From Leptospiraceae bacterium (GTDB taxonomy: Bacteria; Spirochaetota; Leptospiria; Leptospirales; Leptonemataceae): DNA of 64,000 bases. The translations under genes were made by a program, and so were the position numbers. The stretch covers positions 64,001 to 128,000 of the forward strand of contig JAVJNR010000001.1 in assembly GCA_040217195.1 (NCBI GenBank), in the 5' to 3' direction. Under the pieces are notes generated by a model. That model searched no databases. It saw only the letters and a program-made list of their open reading frames with translations, and had not been told where the DNA came from. Below, one piece after another: positions 1 through 10,132 of the stretch (positions are counted from its first letter, which is position 1; the number at the start of each line of letters is the position of its first letter).

Positions 1-347
1 GCCCCGGCAGCCAGCTCTGTTTCCAGAAGCCTCTGGAGATAGAAACCACCTAGAGTGAGTCGATGATCCAGGATAAGACAGATCTGTCCCGGTAAGAGGG
101 ATTTATAGGCCCGGAAGATTTCTGGATTCCCGGCTCCCAGTATTACAAGAATCTGCGTGCGCTTTAAGCCCTGAGCTCCGGAAAGAATCCGCTCCGCCTC
201 TTTCTCAGGTCCATACCGGGTGCATAGAGGCCTGCCATCTTCGGCAGGAATAGCGGTTCCGTCCCGGGCAGTCTGAAGGGTCAGGCCCGGTGACGATTTT
301 CCACGCAGGAATTGCAGATAGGGCTTTCTTCTGAACACTTCTTCCAT
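1..347 (-). CDS. 5' part of a probable motility-associated factor (MAF/DUF115-like) protein; runs off the window edge
   Basis: Hand translation from ATG at 347 is open to the edge: MEEVFRRKPYLQFL...DGRPLCTRYGPEKEAERIL...ILVILGAG. This resembles the N-terminus of the DUF115 ORF at 29345-30634 (GHSIHSSRAPLKEAHRF...LLLCGLG). Not in the ORF track. Confidence 0.55.
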   Translation of the reverse strand, partial: MEEVFRRKPYLQFLRGKSSPGLTLQTARDGTAIPAEDGRPLCTRYGPEKEAERILSGAQGLKRTQILVILGAGNPEIFRAYKSLLPGQICLILDHRLTLGGFYLQRLLETELAAG

Positions 348-516
348 AACGTGGCCAGTGGACCTTATGTCGTCAGCATATCTGGTGGCCTCTGACGGTC
401 CAGCCATCCCCAACTGCTTGACAGTCAGGGTTGGCGTCGGCCTGCTGAATCCTTCCTGGATCCGGCAGGATCGCTTTTCCGAACCAACGGGCCTGCTTTG
501 CAGGTAGAGGAATTTC

Positions 517-3294
517 ATGCACGTAAAAAGAATACGCATGGTAGGATTTAAATCCTTCGCGGATGAAACCGTGATAGAGCCTGGCACCGGCATAACTGCG
601 GTGGTGGGCCCAAATGGATGTGGAAAATCCAATATTGTAGATGCCGTGCGCTGGGTGCTGGGAGAGAAATCCGGTCGGGCCCTTAGAGGAAAGAACATGG
701 AAGATGTTATCTTCCTGGGTTCAGAAAAGAGAAAGCAGGCTGGCATGGCCGAAGTGGAGATTGCTTTCGATAATTCAGATCGGTCCCTTTCCGTGGACCA
801 GGATGAAGTGAGCATCGGTCGAAGACTGTATCTAAATAGTGCCAGCGAATACATACTAAACGGCAAGCGCACCACTCGTAAGGAAATCGAAAAGGTGCTC
901 ATGGATACTGGCATTGGCAAAACTGCCTACTCCATCATGGAGCAGGGCCGAATGTCCGAGATTCTTCGTGCCAGTCCCGAAGACCGCCGGCTACTTTTCG
1001 ATGAGGCTGCTGGAATCTCCCGCTTCAAGGCGGAGCGCCAGGAAACTCTGAAACGTCTGGATGATACGGAGCAGAATCTGCTTCGTCTGGGTGACATTCT
1101 TAAAGAGAAACAAAGAGAGCTGGAAAACCTGGAAAGGCAGGCCCGAAAGACCAGACAGTATCTGAAATTGAAGGAGCATCTGGACAAGCACGACAAGAAT
1201 ATTCGCTATATTAAGATATCCGATAATCAATCCAGACAGAAGTCCATTGAAGAGAAGTTACAGAAGCTTGCTGAAAAGAAACAGGCCATCCTGGATAGAA
1301 TCGAAAAATCCGAGTCCCAGGCCCAGGATCTAGAGATTCAAAACCAGGATGATCTGGAAAAGCGTCATGCTCTGGACAGACAGTATCATCAGACTCTATC
1401 GGTCATTGAATCCCTGGAAAAGAATCAACAGCGGGTAGCCGAAGAAATCGATGAACGTACGCGGCAGAAAGATCAAATCCAGGAGCGTCTCAATGCGGAG
1501 GATAAATTTCTTAAAGCCTCCCGCAGTAAGTTAGAACAATCCATGCAGCTTGAACTGGATTTAAGCTCCGAGATTGAAAATCTAACGAAGAAGTCTGCAG
1601 ATCTCCAGAAAACCGTGGATGAGCTAGAAATCCAGGTGCAGGAATCTCAAAAGAAAGAAGAGGCAAATGTAAGCGAAAGCGAACAGATTGAAAAAGATCA
1701 GAAAGCAGTGATGGATCAGTTACGAGCCCTCACCGAGCAGTTGATCAATGATCTGGAAGCTAGAAAGAAAGACATTGAGGCTGCGGAAAAAAGTCGCAAA
1801 GCGTTGTCCGATGAGATGCTGTCCAGGATTCAGGAAGGAAAATCCACAGTCGATTCTCTGCTTAAAGATCTGAAGTCTACGGATGAGCCCGATGAGATGA
1901 AGCAGAAGAAATCTACCTGGATCAAACAGGTGGAGGGCCTTTCTTTTTCCGTTCTATTAAAGGACTTCGATCAGTACCAGAAGCTGGATGCGGAATTTCG
2001 CTCCCTTTTCTTTGGCGAATCAGGCTTAATTTCCAGAAAGGAAGAGCTGGATCAAAAAATGAATGGATTCAACCAGAGAAAGGTTGAAATACATAAAGAA
2101 AACCAGAAGTTACAGCAGCTAAGAAAACAGAATCTGTTGCGAATTGAAAAAGAGAAGAATCGGCGCGTAGAACTGGAACTGCAGATTCGGGATTATCAGG
2201 CCAGAAAAGATTCCTCTCAGGAAGCCAGAGACCAGCTAGAAAACCAGATTGAACAATCCAGCGCTCGATTAAACTACTTAAGCGATGAAATCAAAAGTGT
2301 AGATGCTTTGCTCTTGAAGCTCACTGAAGAGCAGAAGCAACAAAAAGAGGAACTGGAACGAAATAATAAAGAAACCAGAGAAAAAGCCAGCACTCTGGAA
2401 AGCATGCAGAAAAACATCGAAAAGGTGCGAAATCGAATCGCCGAGCTAAGAGAGAAAACTCGCAAAGATCGGGACTCCATTGAGCGATTATTACCCGAGA
2501 TGTCCAGAGAGGAAAGAGCCCAGGAAAACATCAATGTAGCTCTGCAGACTCTGGAAGAAGAGCTATACAACGATTTTCAGATGAGTCCTGGCGAGCTGGA
2601 AGAGGAATGTGGAAATCGTCGACTGAACAAGGAGACGGAACAATCCGAATATCGCAGAATCAAAGGTGAGATCCAGGGGCTTGGACAGTTCAATGCACTG
2701 GCCATCGATGAATATGCTAGATGCGAAGAAGGCCTGAACGAACTATTAAAGCAAAAGCAGGATATAGAAGAAGCTCGTAAGAATATACTTTCCATACTTC
2801 AGGAAATCGATGATAGTTCTAGAACTCTGTTCCGGGATACATTCGAACGGATTCAAAACAATTTCACCGAAGTATTCCAGACTTTGTTTGGAGGAGGCAA
2901 TGCCAGCCTGACTCTTACGGATGAAAACGATCCAATGAATAGCGGCGTAAGTATTATGGTTCAGCCTCCAGGAAAGAAAAACAGTTCTATTACTCTTCTT
3001 TCTGGCGGGGAGCAGAATATGACTGCCATCGCTCTTATGTTTGCTACCTATCTGGTTCGACCGTCACCTTTTTGCCTGCTGGATGAAATTGATGCACCTC
3101 TGGATGATAGCAATGTGCATCGATTTCTGAAAATGCTGGGCAGTTTTGCCCCCCGAAGCCAATTTCTTGTAATCACTCATAATAAATTAACTATGGAACG
3201 GGCCGGAGCCATTTTTGGAGTTACCCAGGAAGAACCTGGCGTGACTCGTATTGTCTCTGTGCGATTTCAGGATAAGAAGCAGACAGTATCCTGA
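517..3294 (+). CDS. smc: Chromosome segregation protein SMC (short, 925 aa)
   Basis: GFKSF, Walker A GPNGCGKSN, Q-loop MEQG, long coiled coils, signature LSGGE, Walker B LLDEIDAPLD, switch ITH. Confidence 0.95.
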   Translation: MHVKRIRMVGFKSFADETVIEPGTGITAVVGPNGCGKSNIVDAVRWVLGEKSGRALRGKNMEDVIFLGSEKRKQAGMAEVEIAFDNSDRSLSVDQDEVSIGRRLYLNSASEYILNGKRTTRKEIEKVLMDTGIGKTAYSIMEQGRMSEILRASPEDRRLLFDEAAGISRFKAERQETLKRLDDTEQNLLRLGDILKEKQRELENLERQARKTRQYLKLKEHLDKHDKNIRYIKISDNQSRQKSIEEKLQKLAEKKQAILDRIEKSESQAQDLEIQNQDDLEKRHALDRQYHQTLSVIESLEKNQQRVAEEIDERTRQKDQIQERLNAEDKFLKASRSKLEQSMQLELDLSSEIENLTKKSADLQKTVDELEIQVQESQKKEEANVSESEQIEKDQKAVMDQLRALTEQLINDLEARKKDIEAAEKSRKALSDEMLSRIQEGKSTVDSLLKDLKSTDEPDEMKQKKSTWIKQVEGLSFSVLLKDFDQYQKLDAEFRSLFFGESGLISRKEELDQKMNGFNQRKVEIHKENQKLQQLRKQNLLRIEKEKNRRVELELQIRDYQARKDSSQEARDQLENQIEQSSARLNYLSDEIKSVDALLLKLTEEQKQQKEELERNNKETREKASTLESMQKNIEKVRNRIAELREKTRKDRDSIERLLPEMSREERAQENINVALQTLEEELYNDFQMSPGELEEECGNRRLNKETEQSEYRRIKGEIQGLGQFNALAIDEYARCEEGLNELLKQKQDIEEARKNILSILQEIDDSSRTLFRDTFERIQNNFTEVFQTLFGGGNASLTLTDENDPMNSGVSIMVQPPGKKNSSITLLSGGEQNMTAIALMFATYLVRPSPFCLLDEIDAPLDDSNVHRFLKMLGSFAPRSQFLVITHNKLTMERAGAIFGVTQEEPGVTRIVSVRFQDKKQTVS

Positions 3295-3319
3295 GTTCTT
3301 TCCGCTGTAGTATTTCGCG

Positions 3320-5095
3320 ATGCCCCGGGACCGGCCTTGCATGATGGTAACATTAAACAGAAAAGGAAGCAAGGCAAACATTGGAACCAATGCAGGTTTG
3401 CTCCGATCCGGATCAGGGGCTAAGAAGGCATCGTTACCATTGCGATTTCTGTCTGGTTGCCTGACTGCGATCCATTTATGGTTTATTGTAATTCCTCTGA
3501 CATTCTCAAGCCTGAAAGCTGAAGATATTCCTGTGGTCACCGCCAGTCCTGTTTCGCGTAGCCTGAAAATCATTCCATTTGTTAATCTTACAGGATCCAG
3601 CAATCTGGATTATCTAGAAACTGGTCTTCCACAGATGATACTTAATGGAATGACGCTTCCAGTGTTTTTGAGGGATTTTCGACCTCCAGACATTGTTCTT
3701 GATCCTTCCGGAGAGGCCAGCGTTCAAAGTCCTTACTCCAGTCCGCAGCTGGCCGAAAGTGTCATCGGAACCACTCGCCAGAAGATTCGTCTGGAAGGCA
3801 ATGTTCATCGCTGGGGCCCCAATGAAGGAAACCTGGTAGAACTTGAATCCGGGTTTCCTGTGGCAGCAAGCATCAATGCTGACTATTTGATTCAGGCAAA
3901 GATACGCGGTGATCGGAATAATCCGGTGCTGGAGCTGGAATTCTATGATGCGGTCTGGGGCAAAAAGTCAGTAACCATAATCAATCTACCTGCAAGAAAT
4001 CCATACGATGAGGCCACTCTGTTACGCATTCGAAGGTTCATTAGCAGCCGATTACCGGGCCTGGGATCGGGCAGGATTCGAGTGAATTCTGAAAAATCGG
4101 GAGCCCTGGTATTTCTGGATGAAGTGTATCTTGGTAAGACTCCTTTGAATGAATCCGTGGCCCCGGGTACCTATGATCTGCGTGTTAGTCATGAAGAATG
4201 TGAAGATGAAACTAAGAGCGTCGATCTAAATTCACAGCAGGCGTTTCGTTTCGAATGCAGGCCGCGGCAAGGAAATGCGACTCTGGTGGTGGACAGTGAC
4301 CCTCCCGGTGCAAGCGTGTTTTTAAATGTTGAGTTTCTGGGAAAGACCCCCCTCAAAGTGGAAAATCTAAAGGAAGGAACTCACCGAGTTCGAATCAGTC
4401 TGGATAAGCATATAGATCGATTCAAAGGAGTGGAGCTTAAATCCGGCCAGACTTCCACGGTTTCCGTCAATATGGACGAAGGCGACACAGAACAGTATTT
4501 CCGTGATCCCGGTTATGTTCTGGGTGACTGGACGCATCATGATCTGGCTCTTGGACTGATGATTCAGAGCCTGGCTCTTGGCGGTGGCTGGGCCTATAGC
4601 TCTATTCGAGCCAACGATGTCCGGGACTCCATCCGAAGTCAGATACCGTCTCTGGCAATTACAGATGTTCCTTCTTTTTCCATCTATCAGTTCCAGCAAA
4701 TCGAATCCAACCGACTGGATGCAAAGGCCTGGGATAATCGGGCCAATCTTTTTTCCGGTGCTGCCATAGCTTCTCTAACTTTTGCTGGAATATTTCTCTG
4801 GCTTGGGTATGAACACGATGATAAGGAGTTCGGTGAGCTTAGCCTTCTGGAGAATCATCTTCGCAGACAGTATTCAGAATCCGGTGATCTTTCGCATACC
4901 GAACTGAAGGATGGCGGATTCTACAGTTCAGGCAACGGAAATCCTCAATTTTCTGGCTTTCTATGGGATATGAAAGGGATGGGCCCAACTACTTCAGACT
5001 TTGGAGGTATGCAGAATCATGGCCCGCCTACCTTCTCGAATTCCAGTAAAAATAACGAGTTCCAGCATCGTCTGGGCATTCGGTTGAATTTTTAA
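3320..5095 (+). CDS. PEGA-domain membrane/exported protein (start probably further downstream)
   Basis: Two PEGA repeats (VNSEKSGALVFLDEVYLGKTP; VDSDPPGASVFLNVEFLGKTP), hydrophobic segments, C-terminus ...LGIRLNF. Confidence 0.8.
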   Translation: MPRDRPCMMVTLNRKGSKANIGTNAGLLRSGSGAKKASLPLRFLSGCLTAIHLWFIVIPLTFSSLKAEDIPVVTASPVSRSLKIIPFVNLTGSSNLDYLETGLPQMILNGMTLPVFLRDFRPPDIVLDPSGEASVQSPYSSPQLAESVIGTTRQKIRLEGNVHRWGPNEGNLVELESGFPVAASINADYLIQAKIRGDRNNPVLELEFYDAVWGKKSVTIINLPARNPYDEATLLRIRRFISSRLPGLGSGRIRVNSEKSGALVFLDEVYLGKTPLNESVAPGTYDLRVSHEECEDETKSVDLNSQQAFRFECRPRQGNATLVVDSDPPGASVFLNVEFLGKTPLKVENLKEGTHRVRISLDKHIDRFKGVELKSGQTSTVSVNMDEGDTEQYFRDPGYVLGDWTHHDLALGLMIQSLALGGGWAYSSIRANDVRDSIRSQIPSLAITDVPSFSIYQFQQIESNRLDAKAWDNRANLFSGAAIASLTFAGIFLWLGYEHDDKEFGELSLLENHLRRQYSESGDLSHTELKDGGFYSSGNGNPQFSGFLWDMKGMGPTTSDFGGMQNHGPPTFSNSSKNNEFQHRLGIRLNF

Positions 5096-5126
5096 TAAAT
5101 TTTGATTCGCTGATGTTTCTTCGTGC

Positions 5127-5275
5127 GCATCTTCGCATCTTTGCATCTTTGCATCTTTGCATCTTTGCATCTTTGCATCTTTGCATCTTTGCATCTTTGC
5201 ATCTTTGCATCTTTGCATCTTTGCATCTTTGCAGCTTTGCAGCTTTGCAGCTTTGCAGCTTTGCAGCTTTGCAGC
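5127..5275. repeat. Intergenic 8-bp tandem repeat: GCATCTTC, (GCATCTTT)x12, (GCAGCTTT)x5, GCAGC
   Basis: Counted directly from the sequence. Confidence 0.97.
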
Positions 5276-5495
5276 GCGGCCAGAGCCTGAACCGAAGAAA
5301 CACTCCCGGGAATTGCTTTCTAGAACCGGGCTCTGCACCAGGCGCGGCAGAGGAAAATGAAAGATTCTACGGATAGGGAGGTATTGAGATCAATTCTGAT
5401 TATCCATACTTACAGGAATTCGAATTCATGAGCTTATCGCTAAGTCTATTTTAGTTTTCCGGTTTTCTATCTGACTGCTCGCTAAAGGGTGCACC

Positions 5496-7595
5496 ATGGC
5501 ATCACAATTGCGCGAAAGCGTTCCTACCGAAAATATAGGAATGAAACCCAATTCACTTCTTTGCGACAATGAACTTGACTTTAATCGTCCTGTGGAAGTG
5601 GCTCCGAATATCTTCTGGGTTGGAATCTATCTGGAAAACGATCCTTTTCAATGTCACCCTTACTTCATTGAGAACGGAAACGAATCTATCCTCATCGACC
5701 CGGGTTCCATGCTTCAAAGGCAGGACATTGTTCGAAAAATAGAAATGGCCTGCGATCTAAAGGATGTGAAGTATATCATCCTGCATCATCAGGATCCGGA
5801 CCTATGTGCTGCGGTGCCCTACCTGGAGAAGCTCATCGACCGAGCGGATTTGCAGATTGTGACACATAGCCGAATGTCCGTATTGATCAAGCATTATGGT
5901 TTGAAATCCAGCTATTACAACATTGACGAAAATGACTTTCAGCTCAAGGCCGGGAATCGTCTTCTTAAGTTCTATACCACTCCTTACTGTCATTCACCCG
6001 GTGCCTTTGTTACATACGATGGGCAGACCAGGGTGCTTTTCTCTGGTGATATCTTTGGCGGGCTGGAAGACTCCTGGCATTTTCTTGCGGATGAACATTA
6101 TTTCAGACACATCGAAGGCTTTCATATGGCCTACATGCCCAGTCGAGATATCCTGAACTATGCTCTGCGAAAGATTGAATCTCTGGATATAGATCTAATA
6201 GCTCCGCAGCATGGATCCATAATCCAGCGAAAGTATATTTCAGAGCTGATCCAGAAGATGAAGCAGATGGAATGCGGGCTTTACATTGATCGAAAGTACG
6301 GTCAGGATCTGATGCGAACCATCGAAAAGCTAAACAATCTGCAAACGGAATTTGAAGTATCTCTGGATGAAATCAAGAAGCTAAAGAGAAGTCAGGATGG
6401 AGACTATTTCCTCACAACTCTTCTGATGAAGCCATTAATGAATGAACTGAATAGAAGTCAGGAAGTGAATACCGATTGTGTACTGATTCAAAAGAAGGCT
6501 TTCCTGTTCAAAGAGCGGTTCCAGCATCTTGGCGGAGATTTCAACATGACCGGGCAGCTTAACTTTGCAGGTGAAGACTATGTAATGTTTTTCAATGGAG
6601 ATGGAATGGGAAAATCCATGCAGGGTGCCGGAGGAGCTCTTGTAATGGGCACTGTTCTAAACTCCTTGATAACCAGAGCCACCGGTTCCGGTCAGGTCCT
6701 GGCTCTTTCTCCGGAACGCTGGCTGGAAGATACCTATAAAGAAATTCAAACCCTATTCTTATCTTTCGATGGCGCTATGATGTTTTCTGGAATTCTGGGC
6801 CTTATAAATGAACGATCGGGAGAGCTATTTTTCATAAATGCGGAACATCCGTTCTTGATACTGTATAGAGGCGGTCATGCAGAGTTTATTGAATCCGAGC
6901 TGACCATGCGAAAGTTTGGCTGTCCTTCCGAGCTGGGTTTTCATTTGCAAAGGTTCAGGCTGGAACCTGGAGATGTGCTGATAGCTGGATCGGACGGAAA
7001 AGACGATATCAATCTGAAACCGGGCACGGAGGTGCCGGAAATAAATTATGATTACCGGTTAATTCTTGGTCTGGTGGAGAAGAGCCAGGGAAAGCTAAAG
7101 AAGCTGGTGAAGTCTATCTACCATACCGGGGAGCCCACCGATGATCTATCGTTGATTCGCATAGGGTTTCAGGAAAGTCAGCACAATACCGAAGATCATC
7201 GAATCGATGATGATTTGATTTACAAACTAAAGATCTCCAGTTTCATTCGGAATCGAAATTACGAGAAAGCTCTGGAACTGATGGAAGGGGATTCAGAAAA
7301 ACAGAATGCAGAGATTCTAATGTATCGCGGCTACTGCTTGATTCGCGAAAGGAGATATCTGAAATCATTAAAATACCTGACCCGGGCCCTGCAATTGAAA
7401 GAGGATTACTTTCCTGCATTGAAGTATGCCGGAATGGCCCATTACTTTCTGGGCAACTACAAGAAGACCGAAGATTACTGGTCCGCTGCGTTGTCTCTGA
7501 GACCCGAGGATTCTCTTCTGAAAAAAAGATTTCCGCAATTACTCCATCGGCTGGAGAAACAGAAGGTGCTTCTGGGACAAAGGCAAATGAATTGA
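5496..7595 (+). CDS. MBL-fold di-iron (ODP/FprA-like) sensor fused to a SpoIIE/PP2C phosphatase and TPR repeats
   Basis: LIDPG, HHQDPD, HSPG, FSGDIFG and APQHG motifs. PP2C motifs GGDF, GDGMGK, GSDG and DDLS. C-terminal TPR helices. Confidence 0.85.
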   Translation: MASQLRESVPTENIGMKPNSLLCDNELDFNRPVEVAPNIFWVGIYLENDPFQCHPYFIENGNESILIDPGSMLQRQDIVRKIEMACDLKDVKYIILHHQDPDLCAAVPYLEKLIDRADLQIVTHSRMSVLIKHYGLKSSYYNIDENDFQLKAGNRLLKFYTTPYCHSPGAFVTYDGQTRVLFSGDIFGGLEDSWHFLADEHYFRHIEGFHMAYMPSRDILNYALRKIESLDIDLIAPQHGSIIQRKYISELIQKMKQMECGLYIDRKYGQDLMRTIEKLNNLQTEFEVSLDEIKKLKRSQDGDYFLTTLLMKPLMNELNRSQEVNTDCVLIQKKAFLFKERFQHLGGDFNMTGQLNFAGEDYVMFFNGDGMGKSMQGAGGALVMGTVLNSLITRATGSGQVLALSPERWLEDTYKEIQTLFLSFDGAMMFSGILGLINERSGELFFINAEHPFLILYRGGHAEFIESELTMRKFGCPSELGFHLQRFRLEPGDVLIAGSDGKDDINLKPGTEVPEINYDYRLILGLVEKSQGKLKKLVKSIYHTGEPTDDLSLIRIGFQESQHNTEDHRIDDDLIYKLKISSFIRNRNYEKALELMEGDSEKQNAEILMYRGYCLIRERRYLKSLKYLTRALQLKEDYFPALKYAGMAHYFLGNYKKTEDYWSAALSLRPEDSLLKKRFPQLLHRLEKQKVLLGQRQMN

Positions 7596-7718
7596 TCTGG
7601 CGAAACGGAGAGGCTCAGGCCAGTGCTGGACTACAGGTATTCAGTCCAGGGAACTGATTTGCACCGCTTCGGCACCAGGTCAGTCTGGCTTCAGATCGAA
7701 GTGCCTTACTCTAGATTG

Positions 7719-8558
7719 TCAAAGCTGTCTTGCACGGGTTTTTCGCGGAACCTCTCTTCCTCTGGATCGTCTTTCCGGATGGAGGGTTAGAGCATAGACC
7801 TGCTTCTGAAGGTCTTCGGTTAGAGCCCTTGCAGCTGCCTTTTCACCCAGTTCCCTGTCTGGAAAATCGGAGGGCTGGATTGGGTTTCCAATGTTATAGT
7901 AGATGCCTCTTTGAAACGCTTCTCCGGATAGAAAGGTTCGAACATCTGAGAATCCATGTGCACCTCGAATTCCACTGGGAATAACAGGAACTCCTGCTTT
8001 CAAAGCCAGTTTGGCTGTAAGTGGTTTGAAAGGGGACATGACTCCGGTGTCACTTCTGGTGCCTTCTGGAAAGATGGATAATAAATGGCCTTCTTTCAGC
8101 AATTCCAGCATTTGATCTTCAACTTCCTGATAGTAGGCCACTGCATCCCGGGCCGAATCCCCTTTGAAGGCCCTCCGAATGGGATGCCCTCCCCAGGTTT
8201 CCATCTGGCTTCTGTGATATAGACCGTACAACTTCAGCATTCCTTCTACAGTAAGCCGAACCGGTGAAAAGATTGGATGGCTCCATCCCGGGGCCTGGGA
8301 CAGGGTTTCCAGAATTTGATCATCCGGACGAAAAAGCTCTTCTTTGCCCAGGAAATGAATTCTGCGATCGCTGTACAGCCCCTGTATCATGGGATCCAGG
8401 TAATCTGTATGGTTGCAGACCAGGATAGCACCGCCGGACTCCGGAATATTCTCCATTCCGGTAACTTCTACATGAAATAGCTGGTCCAGGGCTGTACGGA
8501 GTATGTCCCGTACTGGCTCAAAGGGTATGGTAGCCACGGTAAACTGTGTATCTGTCAT
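7719..8558 (-). CDS. plsC: 1-acyl-sn-glycerol-3-phosphate (lysophospholipid) acyltransferase family
   Basis: NHTDYLD (HX4D) and FPEGTRS motifs. Confidence 0.85.
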   Translation of the reverse strand: MTDTQFTVATIPFEPVRDILRTALDQLFHVEVTGMENIPESGGAILVCNHTDYLDPMIQGLYSDRRIHFLGKEELFRPDDQILETLSQAPGWSHPIFSPVRLTVEGMLKLYGLYHRSQMETWGGHPIRRAFKGDSARDAVAYYQEVEDQMLELLKEGHLLSIFPEGTRSDTGVMSPFKPLTAKLALKAGVPVIPSGIRGAHGFSDVRTFLSGEAFQRGIYYNIGNPIQPSDFPDRELGEKAAARALTEDLQKQVYALTLHPERRSRGREVPRKTRARQL

Positions 8559-8597
8559 CTGGTTGCCTGGAATTCCTGATTTACCCCTGAACGGAGA

Positions 8598-9176
8598 GTG
8601 ATTCGATGGTACGTTGTGGGTTTTCTAGAGCAATCGAAATTTCCGCCTGTTGGTCTTTTCAGCCTTCTGCTTTTCACTCTATCCTGCGGGTTTTACAATC
8701 CTGAGGTGTCCGGACAGGGGCAGGTGTTTCGTCCGGAAGTGGATCTGGTGGGTGAATCCAGGGGCCGCCGAATTGTATACGATCGTAATGATTCCATAAT
8801 CGAGACAGCCATCATAAATCGTAGTTGTGAACTGGTGGATGGTCCGGTGGTTTCCTGCAAGCTGGACATACTGTACGAAAGAAGCGGCGATCGAGTGGTG
8901 CTGAACCGTTCTTATGCATTGAAATACCGGGAAGCGCTGGATGCATCTATCCATCTTACAAGCGAACGAGAGGACCTGACTGGAGAGATCCATGGAGCCG
9001 CTTTTCACCTGACCGGCACCGGAGAGGTGCCCGGTTCATCGGAAGAAGTTAGTCAAGAGATCCGTTTCATTTCCCTGTCTGAGGGAGAAGCGCTGGAGAC
9101 TATCCTGTATAGTTATCTGGGATTGAGGTCTGGTAAGTCCGTGACTTTCTGGCAAAAAAACAATCGGGGGCAATGA
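8598..9176 (+). CDS. Hypothetical lipoprotein
   Basis: Hydrophobic stretch ending LLFTLSC. Its stop overlaps the glpX start (ATGA). Confidence 0.6.
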   Translation: MIRWYVVGFLEQSKFPPVGLFSLLLFTLSCGFYNPEVSGQGQVFRPEVDLVGESRGRRIVYDRNDSIIETAIINRSCELVDGPVVSCKLDILYERSGDRVVLNRSYALKYREALDASIHLTSEREDLTGEIHGAAFHLTGTGEVPGSSEEVSQEIRFISLSEGEALETILYSYLGLRSGKSVTFWQKNNRGQ

Positions 9177-10132
9177 TGCCGGATAATACCTGGATAGAAC
9201 GAGGCAAGGAACTGGCCGGAGTCACAGATGCAGTGGCTCGAGCTGTAATTGAACTGTCCGGAAAGAATGAGAAAAACAGAGCCGACCATATCTGTGTAGA
9301 GGCCATGCGCGAAGGATTGAACAGCCTTCCCTATAATATGACGGTTGTCATTGGTGAAGGGGAGAAGGATGAAGCTCCCATGTTGTTCTCCGGTGAGGAG
9401 CTGGGAGCAGGCGGTGAGGCCCTGGATTTGATTGTGGATCCTCTGGAATGCACCACAAACTTTGCTCGTGGTTTACCAGATTCCATGACTGTTATCCTGG
9501 CCGCAGAGAAGGGATCGGTCATCCATGTTCCCGGAACCTATATGGAACAGATTCTACTGCCCATTCAAGCAGACCCGGGGCCTGAAATCTTTGACATGGA
9601 CAGAAAAGAGATTCTAAAGCGGGTTTCGACTTCCCTGGATGTGCCCCTTTCCAGTCTTACCGTAATTGTCCAGGATCGCCCCCGTCATGAAAAGTTGATA
9701 GATGAGATTCGAAGTGCAGGCGCTTGCGTAGCACTGATTGAATCAGGTTCGATTTCAGCAGCCTGTGATATCTTTGCTAGACCTCAGAATCGATATCATA
9801 TGCTATGGGGCTCCTTTGGCGCTCCAGAAGGTCTGGTTCTTGGGTTTCTGTCCAGGGCCAATGGTTATCGTTTCTATGGAAGAATTGATCCCCATAATGA
9901 AAAAACCGAAGCAGAAGCCCGGGAACTGGGAGTGCTTGGAAAGGTGCTTCGCGGGGATCAATGGATTGCAGGCTCAGGAGTTCTGGTTATGACCGGGCTG
10001 CACGATTCTACCTGGTTGCGAGGAGTTCGAAGGAGCTACAGTGATGGCCAGGTGGATCATACAACTACCACGGTAATCTGGAGTCTGGGAAACAAACTGG
10101 AACTGGAATGCTTCAACGGGCGCTTTCATTAA
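9173..10132 (+). CDS. glpX: Fructose-1,6-bisphosphatase class II
   Basis: VIGEGEKDEAPML, VDPLECTT, DRPRH and GAPEG motifs. Confidence 0.9.
   Translation: MMPDNTWIERGKELAGVTDAVARAVIELSGKNEKNRADHICVEAMREGLNSLPYNMTVVIGEGEKDEAPMLFSGEELGAGGEALDLIVDPLECTTNFARGLPDSMTVILAAEKGSVIHVPGTYMEQILLPIQADPGPEIFDMDRKEILKRVSTSLDVPLSSLTVIVQDRPRHEKLIDEIRSAGACVALIESGSISAACDIFARPQNRYHMLWGSFGAPEGLVLGFLSRANGYRFYGRIDPHNEKTEAEARELGVLGKVLRGDQWIAGSGVLVMTGLHDSTWLRGVRRSYSDGQVDHTTTTVIWSLGNKLELECFNGRFH

Noticed and set aside
4994..5376. ORFs with QRCKDAKM / LHLCIFAS repeats
   Set aside because: Products of the stop-free 8-bp microsatellite read in several frames on both strands; no SD or motif.
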